Source of the DNA: the human T2T-CHM13v2.0 reference genome, Homo sapiens
Direction: 5' to 3' (one strand)
NCBI RefSeq assembly: GCF_009914755.1
Contig: NC_060925.1
DNA length: 64,000 nucleotides
Positions 21,294-44,424 of the stretch are shown piece by piece (position 1 is the stretch's first letter; every line of letters begins with the position of its first letter). The notes below the pieces were generated by a model. The model saw only the letters and a program-made list of their open reading frames with translations, ran no database searches and had not been told where the DNA came from. A program made the translations under genes and the position numbers.

Positions 21294-22740
21294 AGCACCT
21301 ACCTCGAGCCAGGTGCTACTTAGAGCCTTGTTCAGCAGTGAACAAAAGAGGCTGAGTCCCTTCATGAAGGAGTTCGCAGACTAGATGAGAAGACAGGCAA
21401 ACAGGCAGTTGGGACACAGTGTGGGGAATGCTACAGTAGGGTAAATAAGGGGAGCTGTCGGGGGGATGGCCCCAGTGGTAACAAAAACTTAAGGCTGCAA
21501 AGATTAATCTATTTAGAGTGAGTGGCAGAATCAAAGGCCCAAAGACAAGAAGGAGCCTGGCTTTTTGGAAAGTAAAAGTGGAGCTGTGTGGCTGGAGCGA
21601 AGGGTAGGTGGCAAAGAAGAGAAAAGACCTGAGGTTGGAGAGGTAAGCAAGGGCTGATCACAGGGAGCAGAGCCTGCCCCTCCAGTCCCACCCAACCTGC
21701 CTAGAGTCTGTGTTTTATCCTGCGGCAGGGAGGGAGTTGGAAACAAGAAGGCCAGTTACAAGAGAGTAGTGACTGTGTAAGTGAAAAGAAACAAATGGAG
21801 TTGAGAGATTTATAGGCGGGATAATGGACAGGCCTTGTTAATTGATTGGCTAAAGAAGAAGTAAAGGGAGACTCTCAAGTTTCTAGCATGGGCAACTGGG
21901 TCAAGGGAGATGCTGTTCACTGAAATAGGAAACAGGAGGAAGGACTAGTTTATGGGGGAAGATGAAGAGCTTATTTTGAGCATGTGGATTTTGAAGGGCC
22001 TGTGGGGAATGTAAATGGGGAATGGCAGCAGACAGCTGGATTTATGTGTCTGGAGCCTGGAAGAGAGGTCTGGACTGGTGGCACTGGATGATTGATCTCC
22101 AGCTTTGGATGATGATGGAAGCCTCAGAATCATCGGGATGAACCAGAGGAGAGGAAAGAGTAAGAAAAGAACAAAACGAGGGCTAGACCAGCAGAGAATA
22201 CAGCCACTTAGGGATGAGCAGAAGCCGAAGAACTCACAAAGGGAGAGGAGCCCACACAGGACACTGGGAGGAGGGGCTGGGAAAGTAGGAGTTAAAGGAG
22301 TTAAAGAGCTGGATGTCCTGAAGTCAAGGGATGAAAAGCACATTAAAGGGGGAACAATAAGCAACTTGGGAAGCTACTGAGAGGTCAAGGAAGAAAAGAC
22401 TCAAGGCAGTCACTGGATCAAGCCACAGGGAGGTTTTAGTAACCTTGCTAAGACTGACTCCGAGGAGTGCTGGGTGGATGCAGAAAGGAAGGGAGGAAGA
22501 CAGCGTCACAGAGACAGTGAATGCGAGCTACTCTCCAAAGACTGCAGCTGAGAAAGAAGGACAGATGGAGGGGCAGGTGAGGTCAAGGAAAGTTCTTAAT
22601 TACGCTGCCATCTTTAAAAATTGAAGTAAATTGTATTTGTTTATATGGTGATGGGTAGGAGGCTATAGAAGAAAGGCTGAAGGAACAGGGAGAGTGAATA
22701 ACTGATAAGAGTGGAGTTTCTGAAAAGGCAAGATACCATG
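21265..22740 (-). mobile_element. L2 (long diverged fragment)
   Basis: cattcattc...agcacctac...ccaggtgct...cagcagtgaacaaa; ggcagcagacagctggatttatgtgtctggagc...agagaggtctggactgg. Confidence 0.75.
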
Positions 22741-22844
22741 GAAGGCATTGGCCTTGGACAGAAATGATAAGAATAGTAACAGCAATATTAATAATTAAAG
22801 AAAGTTTCTTGTGCCAGGCACCATGTACCTTTTCCATTATCTCT

Positions 22845-22971
22845 GTTTGTTTGTTTGTTTGTTTGTTTGTTTGAGACAAGGTCTTGCTCAGTTGCCCAGG
22901 CTGGAGTGCAGTGGTGCAATCATGGCTCACTGCAGCCTCGATCTCTACTCCGCCTCAAAAAAAAAAAAAAA
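22845..22971. mobile_element. Fused antisense Alu 3' end plus sense Alu 3' terminus
   Basis: (gttt)n-gagacaagg...cactgcagcctcgatctct joined to actccgcctc(A)15. Confidence 0.75.
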
Positions 22972-23619
22972 GTGGGGGACAATCTTTAACTGAGGCCCTC
23001 ACAATTGCTCCATGTCACAGAGCTAATAAATGATGCAGCTGGGGCTCGTTCCATCCTTAACAGAGGAATAAAGGGGAAGATGGACTCAGGTGCAGTAATG
23101 TTGCAGGTTTGGTGACTGTGGGCATTGTCCTCTGATTACCTCTATCTCCTGTGAAGTAGGAGGTAGGGGGGTGGTGGCGGAGGGGTCAATGGGAGGGAGA
23201 GGTTACCCAATCACCTGTAGTGAATGCTGTGACAGATGAGCAGCTGTTGAGGGCCACATCTCCAGTAGCTCCGGCAGCCAGCGGGCAGAAGAAGGAGGAG
23301 TCGGTGACACAGGACTGGGACTGGTTCTCACTTGTCTCTCCCTGTTTTTAACCTTCCAAAACTGAGGGAGGACCTGCCTTAGAGGTGTACTAGCTGGAGT
23401 GCCAATTTAGTTCCAGAAAGGAAGTGGAATCTCTGGTTACCTGCCAATGTTAATACATGTCAGAACAATAGTCCTGCTTGGGTCCTAGAAAATTGTGGTG
23501 CAACACCCATGTCATTATCGTCCTTATAATTTTTCATAGGCTTTGTAGCAACTTTGTAATTTGTGCTGAATTTCATTGACATACCAAATCTCAACAGCAC
23601 AATACTTTTTAGTTCTGAA

Positions 23620-23858
23620 ATGTTTCATTCATTCCATCTTTCATTTATTCATTCCACAAATATTTATTGAGAGTCAGGCAGTGGTGGCCAATACATCCAA
23701 TGTTCCTGTCCTCACAAACCAGGAAAACACACCTATTTTAACTAGACTAGATGTGCGCCCCATGAGGTCATGGGCTTTGATTATTTTATTCACCACTTCA
23801 TTCTGAGTGCCTGAAACAGTGCCTGGCATGTAAGGGATGCTCAATAAATGTTTGTTTG
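23620..23858. mobile_element. Two short L2 3' ends in opposite orientation
   Basis: ttcattcattcc...aaatatttattgag (-) and acagtgcctggcatgtaagggatgctcaataaatgtttgtt (+). Confidence 0.65.
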
Positions 23859-24458
23859 CAGAGGTGCATTTATCATGAAACTAAACAGAGTTTAAGCTTC
23901 ATAGCCCCTCAATTGCACTGTCCTCTTTCATGGCTCTGGGAGGGGACTACTGTGTGCTCTCATGGTAATCTGTTTTTATAAAAATTTCAAAGGTAAGATA
24001 CTTTAACTAGTTCTCTGTCTCTACCCTAACTTCCCCTCTACCACTTTCCGCTGATGTCAGTGACATTGGAGAGGCCATGGGCATTCTGGATATCCAGCTA
24101 AGAGGAAGTTGCATTGGGACTACATTTAGTATGGGATGTTGGGGACATATTTATGGGATGTGGGAGACGTATGTGGTATGCTGTCACTTAGGTAGATATG
24201 AAGTTATTGCTAGCTAGCAATATATAGCAATATAGCTATATCAGTACATAGGTGACGTCCAGGAATACTCCTTTACTCACTGTAAAGACCCACCTGGCAT
24301 GTCATAAAGGTACAGGGTCAGATGTGATGTCACAAAATGAGCCTGTCCTGGGCTCCTGGCACTAGAAGTTTGGGGGTGGTAGAGAAACAAGGGCTTTTTT
24401 AAAAGAAGGCCTCCAAAATTGTCCAAGCTTCAGGCCCCTCAAAATGTGAATCTGCCCT
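23859..24458. mobile_element. hAT-Tip100 DNA transposon fossil (MER115/Zaphod-like)
   Basis: Termini cagaggtgcattt... and ...aagcttcaggcccctcaaaatgtgaatctgccct; recalled similarity. Confidence 0.5.
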
Positions 24459-24809
24459 TAACTGGATATGGATAAATCTAAATCAGCTCATACTTTATTT
24501 TCTCTCACATTTACAGACTACAGAGCCTAAGTCAAAGCTTGTTCTTGGACCCAGGAAATATGTCAAATCCTTCCAGTGAATGGTATGTCTTCCTAAATGA
24601 CGCACTTGTGAGAACAGCTGGACCTAACTGTCTAAAGGACAGCTAGCTTCCAGCCCGATTTTCAGAGCTGATATATCAAAATCTAATTCCTTTTACAGAA
24701 TAGCCAAATAAATATTTTCACTGTCAAATTCTTCACACCAAATGCTGTACAAGCAAAATCATTATACCTTAGATAATGACTGTATTATATTCGTAGATTT
24801 CTAGTGGTG

Positions 24810-25285
24810 TTCATTTATTCACTCACTCACTTGATAAATACACGAAGTCCTTACTACAAGTCAGGTATTGGGGGTAATACATTAACTAAGACACAGTCCC
24901 CTTCTTCAAAGAGTCTAGTGGGGGAGTGAGACATTTAAACAGGCGATGACAATACATGATTCACACTAAGATTGGGGTTGATGATGAGCACAGCATTTTC
25001 GAAGCACTTGGGTGGAGCTCCCACCTTGGCAAGGCAAGTCAGGGAATGCTTCTTGGAAAAGCTGAGTCAACCTCTCGGCAGGGATGCTGGAGCACTGGGT
25101 GGGAGGGTGAACTGGATCAAAGGTTCCCAAATCTGGCTGATCATCAGAATCACCTGGGGGAGCTTCGAGAGTCCCAGGCTTGCCCCCAACCTACTGACTC
25201 AATTTCAGTGGGGTGAATTTCAGGAATCTGTCTCCTAAAAAATAAAAGCATGCCTGGTGGGTTTTTGATCCACCAAATTTGGTGA
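24810..25285. mobile_element. L2 3' fragment (-, ~24810-25080) and MER5-like hAT remnant (~25120-25285)
   Basis: cattta ttcactcactcac...aagacacagtccc; ggttcccaaatctggctgatcatcagaatcacctgggg. Confidence 0.65.
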
Positions 25286-25746
25286 AGTGGATGACTTGTG
25301 ATTTTGGGGAGAGGGCCCAGGGCAGGAAGGGGTAGATAAAAAAGCCCACGGGAGGCTGCAGAATGCCCTATGGAAAAGGCAGAGTAAGGAGGGGCTAAGG
25401 CACAGGTAGGCAGAGGAGACTTTCCAGGCAAGGGGAAAAAGAACCTTCTACATGGGCTGTTTGAAGGAGCTCAGGCCCTTTTAGAACAGTCACTCAGCAT
25501 GGCTGGCAGCTCACAGGGCCGCTGGCTAACTCAGGTTCGGAAAATCATTTAGCAACCTGATAGAGACCACAGAGGTGGCTGTGTTTCATGTTGGGGAAAG
25601 GGGCAGGAATGCCTGCACTGTGGAGCAGGAAGGAAAAGGCTCAGACTGCACCTGTGACCCTGCAGGGACTTTGGTCCCCTGAAAGCTTTGCACTAGTCCA
25701 ACTTCCAATGCTCTGGTTTAAGAAACCTCCTTGTGTCATTTGCCTC

Positions 25747-26415
<669 letters not shown>

Positions 26416-26419
26416 CCTT

Positions 26420-28775
<2,356 letters not shown>

Positions 28776-29070
28776 TTATTATTGAAGTAGTTCCATGAGG
28801 CCACTAACAGGTCAGAGTGGGAAACAACCATTTATTATCTGTTTGACAGGAAAACTGAGACACAAACAGTGAATTTTAAAACTTCCTCAGCCTGACAGTG
28901 CTGCTTTCAACAGCAGAACAGCTATCTCCCAAATCCCATGATGCCAATTTCCTTCTGTCCTTATTAGAAGCAAATATTTCCTGAGTGTTTGCTCTGTGCC
29001 AGGCACAGTTCCAGGCCCTCAACAATGTAGAGGTCAAGCTTGAGAAAGAACCATATAAAACTTGCTGTCA

Positions 29071-29372
<302 letters not shown>

Positions 29373-30030
29373 AACTTGCTGTCAAATCAATTGCTCTTTC
29401 TAAGAGAGGTGATGTCCATCAGGAATTTTCATTCTCTCTACTATCCAATGTATACCAACCAAATTTTCTTTTAACTTAATAATTTACTATTTTTCCTTTC
29501 CTGATTATCTATCACAGAAAATTTAAAAGATACAAAAATTCCAAAGAACAAAATAAAAATTACCTATAATCCCATAAATCAGAGACAGTCGTTATTAACA
29601 TATTGGTCTAAGACTTTAAACTCTATAATAATAATAGTTAACATGGTGGTGAGTGTGTGTCTGGCCTGTTTAAATATTTTACATTCATCAATTCAGTTTA
29701 ATCCTCACGAAAAACCAACGAGTTAGGTATTTATTTATTTATTTGTTCACTTATTCAGAACATGTTTTTCAGCCCCTATTATGTGTTGGGTCCTTAGCTA
29801 TGTGCTTAGCATGCATTAGTAAATCAAATGAATAAAAATCTCTGTCTTCTTTGATTTTACATTCTAGAAGGGGAAATTGCTGCTAAACAGTATGATAAAT
29901 AGGTTAATTATATACTACGTTAGAAGATGTTAAGTGCCATAGACAGGGATGGGGTGGAGAGGAGGTGGTATGGGTTGCCTCACTGAGTAGTAAATAGGAT
30001 AGTCAGGTCTGTTTGTCTGCTTACCGTGAT

Positions 30031-30466
30031 CGTAGTGGATGCTCTGGTTCTGCCTAGGTGCCTTTCAGGATTGGAGACTACTCCCCCAGTTGCTGATGGT
30101 GTGGTCAGCCCTCAGTTTTCAGTCCTCTTTGGGAATTGCCTTGGATGAAGAAAGTCACCTCACCCAAGATCACTCCAACTCCTGGGACCCACATCCAATG
30201 ATTGGCCAATATGGGGACTCAAAGGCCTGGTCCCCCTTCCCCAACTTGAGACTACTCTGAAGGATCACCCAGCTTCAGAGCTTCCCATGGTTGAGACTTT
30301 TAGACTTCACTGTGGTCCAACCAATCTCTTCCTATACACGGTCCTGACTCCTTCACTTCCCTCCCAGCACTTCTTCTGTGTTAATATCAAACTTCTGTGC
30401 TAATAACAAACTTCTTCCGTGCTAATATCTCTCAGTGTCTCCTTCCCTGGGAACTCAACCCTAGAT
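30031..30466 (+). mobile_element. 5' LTR, LTR16C-like (ERVL)
   Basis: cccccagttgctg...gggaattgccttgg...cacatccaatgattgg...ctctgaagga...gggaactcaacc; colinear with 38877-39269. Confidence 0.85.
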
Positions 30467-30910
30467 TGTTTATACCAGCAGTGATCCAAGAAAGAGATGC
30501 CAACATGAGATTTTGGAATTGGATCACCTACCATCCAGCTGGCAGTGCAGACCCCATCAGTGGCAGTAGAAGAAGTACATATAGTCCGTAGCACAAGATA
30601 GCAGTGAAATTGTTAAAACTTTTGCCAATGGTGAACTAGAATGGTATTCCCATGGAAGGAAATGCACCAGAGGGTGTGACCTATCAGGTGGTTGAGAAAT
30701 ATGGGGAGAATTACCACAAGGACAATTCAATTAGGTGGCTTTCACTAAGGATAATTAACACTTTGAAAAAAATAATGAAATGTTGAAAAGGATTCATCAG
30801 CAATTGAAAACTGAGTGGAGCTCATAGGGATACTCTCATCCCTTGCACCTGGAGGAAAGGGAAAGCTGAGGACCAGGTACATGGTGTAATCCTAATAGTA
30901 GCAGAGTGCA

Positions 30911-31500
<590 letters not shown>

Positions 31501-32464
31501 TGAGATGTGAATATCTGAGTGGATGTACCCAAAGATCTTGAATTCCCAGATTGCTCTGAGCCTGCAGAAGTGGCCCACCTTTCTCTAAGGGCTGGCACTC
31601 CCGGTTTGCTAAAAGATGATGCAGAGGACTCTCTTCTGCAGGACAACATGCACCTCATGTAGAATCTGCCACCATCTGCCCTCCTGACCACTAACCCAGT
31701 AACTAGGGTAAAGTCACAGCATGACTTGGCCAGAGACACGCTGGGTCTCATAAGAGAAGGAAGCGCTTCTACTGTGAAGGAGCTGCAGAACCTACCAACA
31801 TGTACCGGGAGCTGTTGACAGACCGCTGGGGATGGATCCTAGGGGAGACCCTGAGACTGGAAGAATATGCCCGAGACTATGTTCAGAAGGCATGGGATCA
31901 ACAGGGGCAAAACATTTCGAAAAAGGAAAGGTGATCAATTTGGGAATGCCCTGGCATGATCGCGGGATGACAGTGGGAACATACTGCTGGAATGGCTCTT
32001 AGAAGCCTGAAGAAAATTATGGCCCACACCAACTAAGGTAGGAATGCCAGAATTGCCATAACAGAAGATGGAAGAGGGGAAAAGGCTCAGAAAAATGGCC
32101 ATGCTAGAACTGCTATACTGCATGCAGCAGGAAAGCCTGCAAGGTGACTATATCCCACAGGAGACCCAGAAGATATCCCAAAGCAATAAGGAATGCACTG
32201 CTGGGAGAGACATAAGAGGGCACCAGTATCACCAGGAGTCTCTAGGCCAGGGCTAATGATCAGACAGAACTAGACTCACGCATGGCAGTGGGGATGATGG
32301 GACCCTGAAACAATAGAAGCTGTTAGCCCTCAGTAGCCAGGTGGATGCAATTATCATAATGAGCAGCAAGTTTGGAGTGGCAGCTGGGGGACCCTGATCC
32401 TCAGAGAGTTGTGGCGATAGTTACTAGAACATAGCAAAACTAATTGGGCAAAAGGGTTCTGCTC

Positions 32465-34739
<2,275 letters not shown>

Positions 34740-36365
34740 TCATGCTAATCGAACCAGCTAAGCGAGAATTCACTAGTGCATCAGAGACCTCTGTAACATG
34801 CATTCCAGAGCGTAGGAGAAAAACCCTATGTTAGACATCAGAGGTCTAACATCTCAGTGACATTTTTAGAGGTCCAGGGGCCTGGGACATGCTGAGACTA
34901 CTCCTCAAGGGAAAGAATACATTATTGGATCTTGTACTTCCCATCACAAAGTAGGAAGCCTAATACCTAGTAGGCCTCTTTGAGTTCCAGAGGCAACATA
35001 TTCCAAAAATGGGACTATCGCTTTAACTCGTACTCCAGATGACATGAAAGCCTGTCAATTTTAAGTGGGGCCAAGAGCAGGAAAGGGCCCCGTAGCATGT
35101 CCAGGCTACAATGCAATCAGTCCTGCTGCTTCGGCCAGATGATCCAGCAGACTCTATGTTATTAGAGGTATCAGTGTTGGAAATTTATGACAAGTCCCAG
35201 AGGGAGAATCATAGTGCAGATTTGCAAGGTTCTGGAACAAGGCTATGCTATCTGTAACAGAGAATTAAATGCCTTTCTAGAAAGCTCCTGGAATGCTATT
35301 AGGCCCTGTTAGAGACAGAGCACCTGACCATTGGACACCAAGTAACTAGGCAGCCATAAGTGCTCAACATGAGCTGGGTTCTATCAGAGCCATGGAGTCA
35401 TAAGGTGAGGGAGGCCCAATCCCAGCAGAAGTCCATCATAAGGCAGAAATGGTATATCCAGGATCAAACAGGTGCAGGCTGAACAGCACATGTGATCTGC
35501 ATGAGCTAGTAGCCCAGACACACAAGCCACTCATCACTGTTATACCAGCATCTCTCTCAGCTCACACCTATGGTTCCATGTGGATCCCTGATTGTGATTA
35601 GTTAACAGAGAAGAAAAAAACTGAGTGTGGTTGATGGATGAGTTGGTTCGATACATGGGTACGAACTGAAAATGGGTGATGGCTGCACTACAGTGCCATT
35701 CAGGGATGACCTTGAAAGACAATGGTGAGCAGAAATATTCTCAATGGGCAGTGAATCTGTCATCAGGTTTATATGCAAAAACAAATGGCTTGGGTTTAGA
35801 ACAAACTAGGACTCATGGGTAGTGATAATGGCTTGGTCAATGGCGTTCAAAGAGAAAGATATGAAGATCGGGACAAAGAAGTATGTGGTAGAGGCACTTG
35901 GATGACATGTAGGAGTGGACGCGCAGTGCGAAGATCATTGATTAGCATGTTAGTGCCTATGCAACAGCACTCACAACACATGCGTGGAGCAGCCATGGTG
36001 GAAGGGATGGAGGCTAGACATGGGCCCAATAGCAGAGGCTCACCAAGGTCGCACTAGCTCCTGCTACTACATGTCCAATCTGCCAGCAATAGTTACCAGC
36101 ACTGAGTCCTTTCTTTGGTATCATCCCTTGAGGGGACTGACCAGCCACCTTGCAAGGAGTAGCAATTAACTTAGACAGAAATAGACATTCTGGGGATGGT
36201 TTCGGCTTTCCTCCATACAGTGTCTCAACCAGCACCACTATCCCAAGGCTTATAGAGTGTTGAATCCACCAGCACGGGATCCTACATAGCATTGCATTAG
36301 ACCAACAGACCCACTTTACAACAAAGGAGGTGCAAGAGTAGGTCCATGCCCATCATATCACATAT

Positions 36366-37767
<1,402 letters not shown>

Positions 37768-38004
37768 ATATCATACTACCCAGTCTCAGAGAATGGTAGA
37801 GGTGGAGTAGCCTGTTGAAGCATCAGCTGGGAGGCATTACAAAGATGGCAACAAACTTTCAATCTGGAAACCAAGAGGCAGAAGCAAGAATGACTCCATT
37901 TATTCATCATTCTCAATCACCCACTCGGGAAATTTGTGCTTCCTGTCTCTGCAACTATGGGCTCTGCAGGGTTAGAGGTCCTGGCATTGAAATGGAGAAA
38001 TGCT

Positions 38005-38288
38005 GGCCAGGCGTAGTGGCTCATGCCTGTAATCCCAGTACTTCAGGAGGCCAAGGCAGAAGGTTGCTTGAGCTCAGGAGTTTGAGACCAGTCTGGGCAA
38101 CATATTGAGATTCCCATCTCTACAAAAAATTAAAAGTTAGCTGGACATGGTGGCACATGCCTGTAGTCCTGGCTACTTGAGAGGCTGAGATGGGAGGATC
38201 ACTTAAGATGGGGAGGTTGAGACTGCAGTCTGTCACAATTGTGCTACTGTACACCAGCCTGAGTGACAAAAGGTCTCAAAAAAAAAAA
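38005..38288 (+). mobile_element. AluJ
   Basis: Diverged full Alu. Confidence 0.92.
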
Positions 38289-38289
38289 G

Positions 38290-38510
38290 CTTCCACCGGG
38301 GGACCCAGAAAAAATCTCATTGAACAATAAACTATGGCTGCCACTTTGGTACTTCAGGCTATTTGTGCTAAGCAGGACCAGCAGACAAGAAGAAGAGTCA
38401 CCATCTTGGCAGAGGCGATTGACTGTGATCAGCAAGGGAAGGGAGCTCTATTGCTACACACTGGGGGCAAGGAAGAACATGTTTGGCACCCAGGTGATCT
38501 ACTTGGGTGA
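38290..38510 (+). pseudogene. Frameshifted ERVL dUTPase remnant
   Basis: LPPGD...LNNKLWLP then, in another frame, DQQTRRRVTILAEAIDCDQQGKGALLLHTGGKEEHVWHPGDLLG*, resembling dUTPase motif GVIDxDYxGE. Confidence 0.75.
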
Positions 38511-38876
38511 CTCGGTCCTCACCCAACTTTGACAGCTAATGGACAAGTACAGCAGCTGTGGCCTGAGAAAGGCCTGGTGACCAGGGAGCAAATAGATCGC
38601 TCAGGGATGAGGGTCTAGGTCCCCAGACCAGATAGGCCACCTAGACCAGCAGAGTCTATTTGTGGGTGAGGGGAAATCTAGAATTGTATTATCAGTGTGA
38701 AAGGGAAAAATGAATATTAATCGTAGCCTCAAGACAAGCTGCAATGTCAGGGGCTGTTGTTCATCTCTTTAACCTTCCTGTTATAAGTTTCTCCCAGGAA
38801 AGAAGCCCACTGGAATTCCAGAGGAACTGCTCCTTGAACTTATTTGAAGTAGATCTGAACAGCACAAGGGGTGAAT

Positions 38877-39269
38877 TATAATGGACACTGAGATGCGCCA
38901 TCCATAACCCCCATTAGGACTGATTACTTATCTCCGCAACTGCTTGGGAGTGCTGCAAGCAGACAGCTCTCAGCTGTGAGCACTCCTTAGAAATCGTCTC
39001 TGTTGCAGAGAGCAGTCTACTCGCTTTCCTAGGGCTGCCTTCATCCAGTGACCTGGCCCCCTCACCCTAACTCAGGACATCTCTGAAGAGCCTGCCAGCC
39101 TCGGAGCTCCTCTTAGGATTGGCTGACGCCTTTGTTGAGACTACTGCACAGTCCAGTCCCGCTTCCTCCTCTTCCCTTCCACAGGAGTTGACCTCAAGAG
39201 CACTCCCCAATAAACTTCCCACTCAGTCTCTATCTCAGAGACTGCCTCCAGAGAACTCAACCTGTGACG
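38877..39269 (+). mobile_element. 3' LTR, LTR16C-like (ERVL)
   Basis: ttcccttccacaggagttgacctcaagagcactccccaataaac...gagaactcaacctgtgacg, then TSD gtgat. Confidence 0.88.
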
Positions 39270-39334
39270 GTGATATCTGAGCAAAGACTTAAAGGAAGTA
39301 AGAAGGAAGATTATTCCAGGTAAAAGGGCAGCTA

Positions 39335-39898
<564 letters not shown>

Positions 39899-40277
39899 TC
39901 ATTCTGACTGCTGTCTTGAGAAAAGAGTAGGAAGGGTAAGGATGGTCACAGGGAGACTAGCAGGGACTCTATTTCAGTCATCCATTGAGATGGGACAGTG
40001 GCCCAGACCATGGTGGCAATGGAGAAGACAGCAAAAACTGATCTGATTCTGGATATAGCCCAAAGCTAGAACCAACAGATTTCCTGAGCCATTGGGTGTA
40101 GTCTGTGACAGAAACAAAGAAGTCAAGGATGATTCTAGGGTTTTTTGTTCTGAACCACCTGAGGAATGGAATTGAGATGGGGAATGCTATGGATGGAGCG
40201 AATGGGGGAATAGAAAATAAGGAGTTTAATTTCATTTTGGATGTGAATTTTGAGATTCCTATTAGACATCCAAATAA

Positions 40278-40466
<189 letters not shown>

Positions 40467-40483
40467 TGAGACCATCCTGGCTA

Positions 40484-40940
<457 letters not shown>

Positions 40941-41199
40941 CTAAGGACTGTTCCTTGAACTTAGTCAATGTTAGCAACTTTGACAACATCAGTTTTACTG
41001 GAGTAGCAAGGACAAGAGCCTGGCTGGAGTGGATTTCAAAGAGAGTGCACATCAGTGCGTATCACCTATTCTTTTGAGAAGTTTCATTGCAAAGAAAAGC
41101 AGAGAAATGGTAGGTAGTGGCAGAGAAAGTGGTTAGGAGAAGGTATTATTATTGTGATCCATTTTACAGATGAGGAAAATCAGGCTTAAAAAAGTCGAG

Positions 41200-41516
41200 G
41201 GCCAGGCACAGTGGCTCACGCCTGTAACCCCAGCACTTTCGGAGGCCAAGGCAGAATTGCTTGAGCCCAGGAATTCGAGACCAGCCTGAGAAACATGACG
41301 AAACCTTGTCTCTACAAAAAATATCCAGGCATGGTGGTGCACGCCTGTCGTCCCAGCTACTAGGGAAACTGAGGTGGGAGGATTGCTTGACTCAGGAGGT
41401 CAAGGCTGCAGTGAGCTGTGACCGCACCGCTGCACTCCAGCCTGCATGTGTGAGCAGGCTGTGTGAGCACAGCACATCTGTGATGTGACAGAACAAAACC
41501 TTGTCTTGAAAAAAAA
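41200..41516 (+). mobile_element. AluJ with ~40-bp non-Alu insert (41445-41484), within a MIR
   Basis: Alu body broken between ccagcctg and gtgacaga. Confidence 0.88.
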
Positions 41517-41711
41517 GTCAGGGAATTTGTTTAGGTTCATTCAGATAGCAAGTTGTGATTTGAGCTCAGAATCTAGAAGCTGAGCTCTTACTTTTTTTTT
41601 TTTTTTTAACCAATTCCCTATTGATGGAACTAAGTTTTTCTCAAATTTTTCTATTATATTGATTTATTTCTATTGTTAAAAATGTCAGTTATAAAGCAGA
41701 TGAATATTCTT

Positions 41712-41824
41712 TTTTTTTTTTTTAATGTTGGCCAGGCTAGTCTCAAACTCCTGACCTCAGGTAATCTGCCCACCTCGGTCTCCCGAGGTGGTGGGATTAC
41801 AGGCGTGAGCCACTGCACCTGGCC
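41712..41824 (-). mobile_element. 3'-truncated Alu (first ~100 nt plus A tail)
   Basis: 15-bp TSD cagatgaatattctt 41697-41711 and 41825-41839. Confidence 0.9.
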
Positions 41825-42657
41825 CAGATGAATATTCTTACAGGTAAGCATATAATCACATTTCTGATTATTTCCTTAAGATGAATTTCTGGACGTAGAA
41901 ATCCTGGGTCAAAAGGTATGCACATGCGTATAGCTTTGGATGCCTCTTGCCAAAGCTCTATGGAAAGGTTGTAGTCGTTCCCACTTTTGTCAGCAACACA
42001 GGAGAAGGTCCATTTCCTGCATCATTACCAGCCCTGGGTCTTATCTTTCTCTCCCAACCGCGTCCCACTGCATAGTGAGAATGATACCATTTTATTTTCC
42101 ATATGTACGATTACCAGTTAGATTTGACCATGATGTACAGGTCTATCTTCCAGCCACCCCTTTGGCTTCTGCTGGTGTTTATCACTCTCAGACCTGATCG
42201 CCTTCACCTGACCCCTCTCATCAGGAATATTTATCTCTTGCTGCAACAGACCCAGTTTAGAAGGTAAACTGCACAGAGCTAGGTTGAATTTTAAAATAAC
42301 AATAATTTTAGGGTAAGAAATTAGATCTTGGGTGATTTTTCTATCTGAGAGACTGTGGAAGAGCTAAGATTTTAGAAAAGCTAGGGGAAATATAGGAAGG
42401 TGTGATAATTGGACCTTCTGTGTGACTCTCCATGTAGCTATGACCTAAGAGTGTCTTGTTCCGAAGAATCCCCCAGAGTGTGCATTGAAAGGGGAGGGAG
42501 GTCCCTTCATGAAATATACTTCCAGGGCCATAATTTTCAATTTAGCCACTGTTGGAGGGCTTTCCTGCTCTTCCTTTGCTCCTCAACCTAGCCCTGTCTG
42601 GGAGCACAGCTGATAAGCTGGCCCCAGCACATTTGAAAGAAGCATAGATATTTCTTT

Positions 42658-44424
<1,767 letters not shown>

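Noticed and set aside
20894-21384. Repetitive ORFs (HLFTQQSRVL)n and (CPPFIHPTIT)n
   Set aside because: Open only because the 30-bp unit is a multiple of 3 and stop-free; no promoter or splice context.
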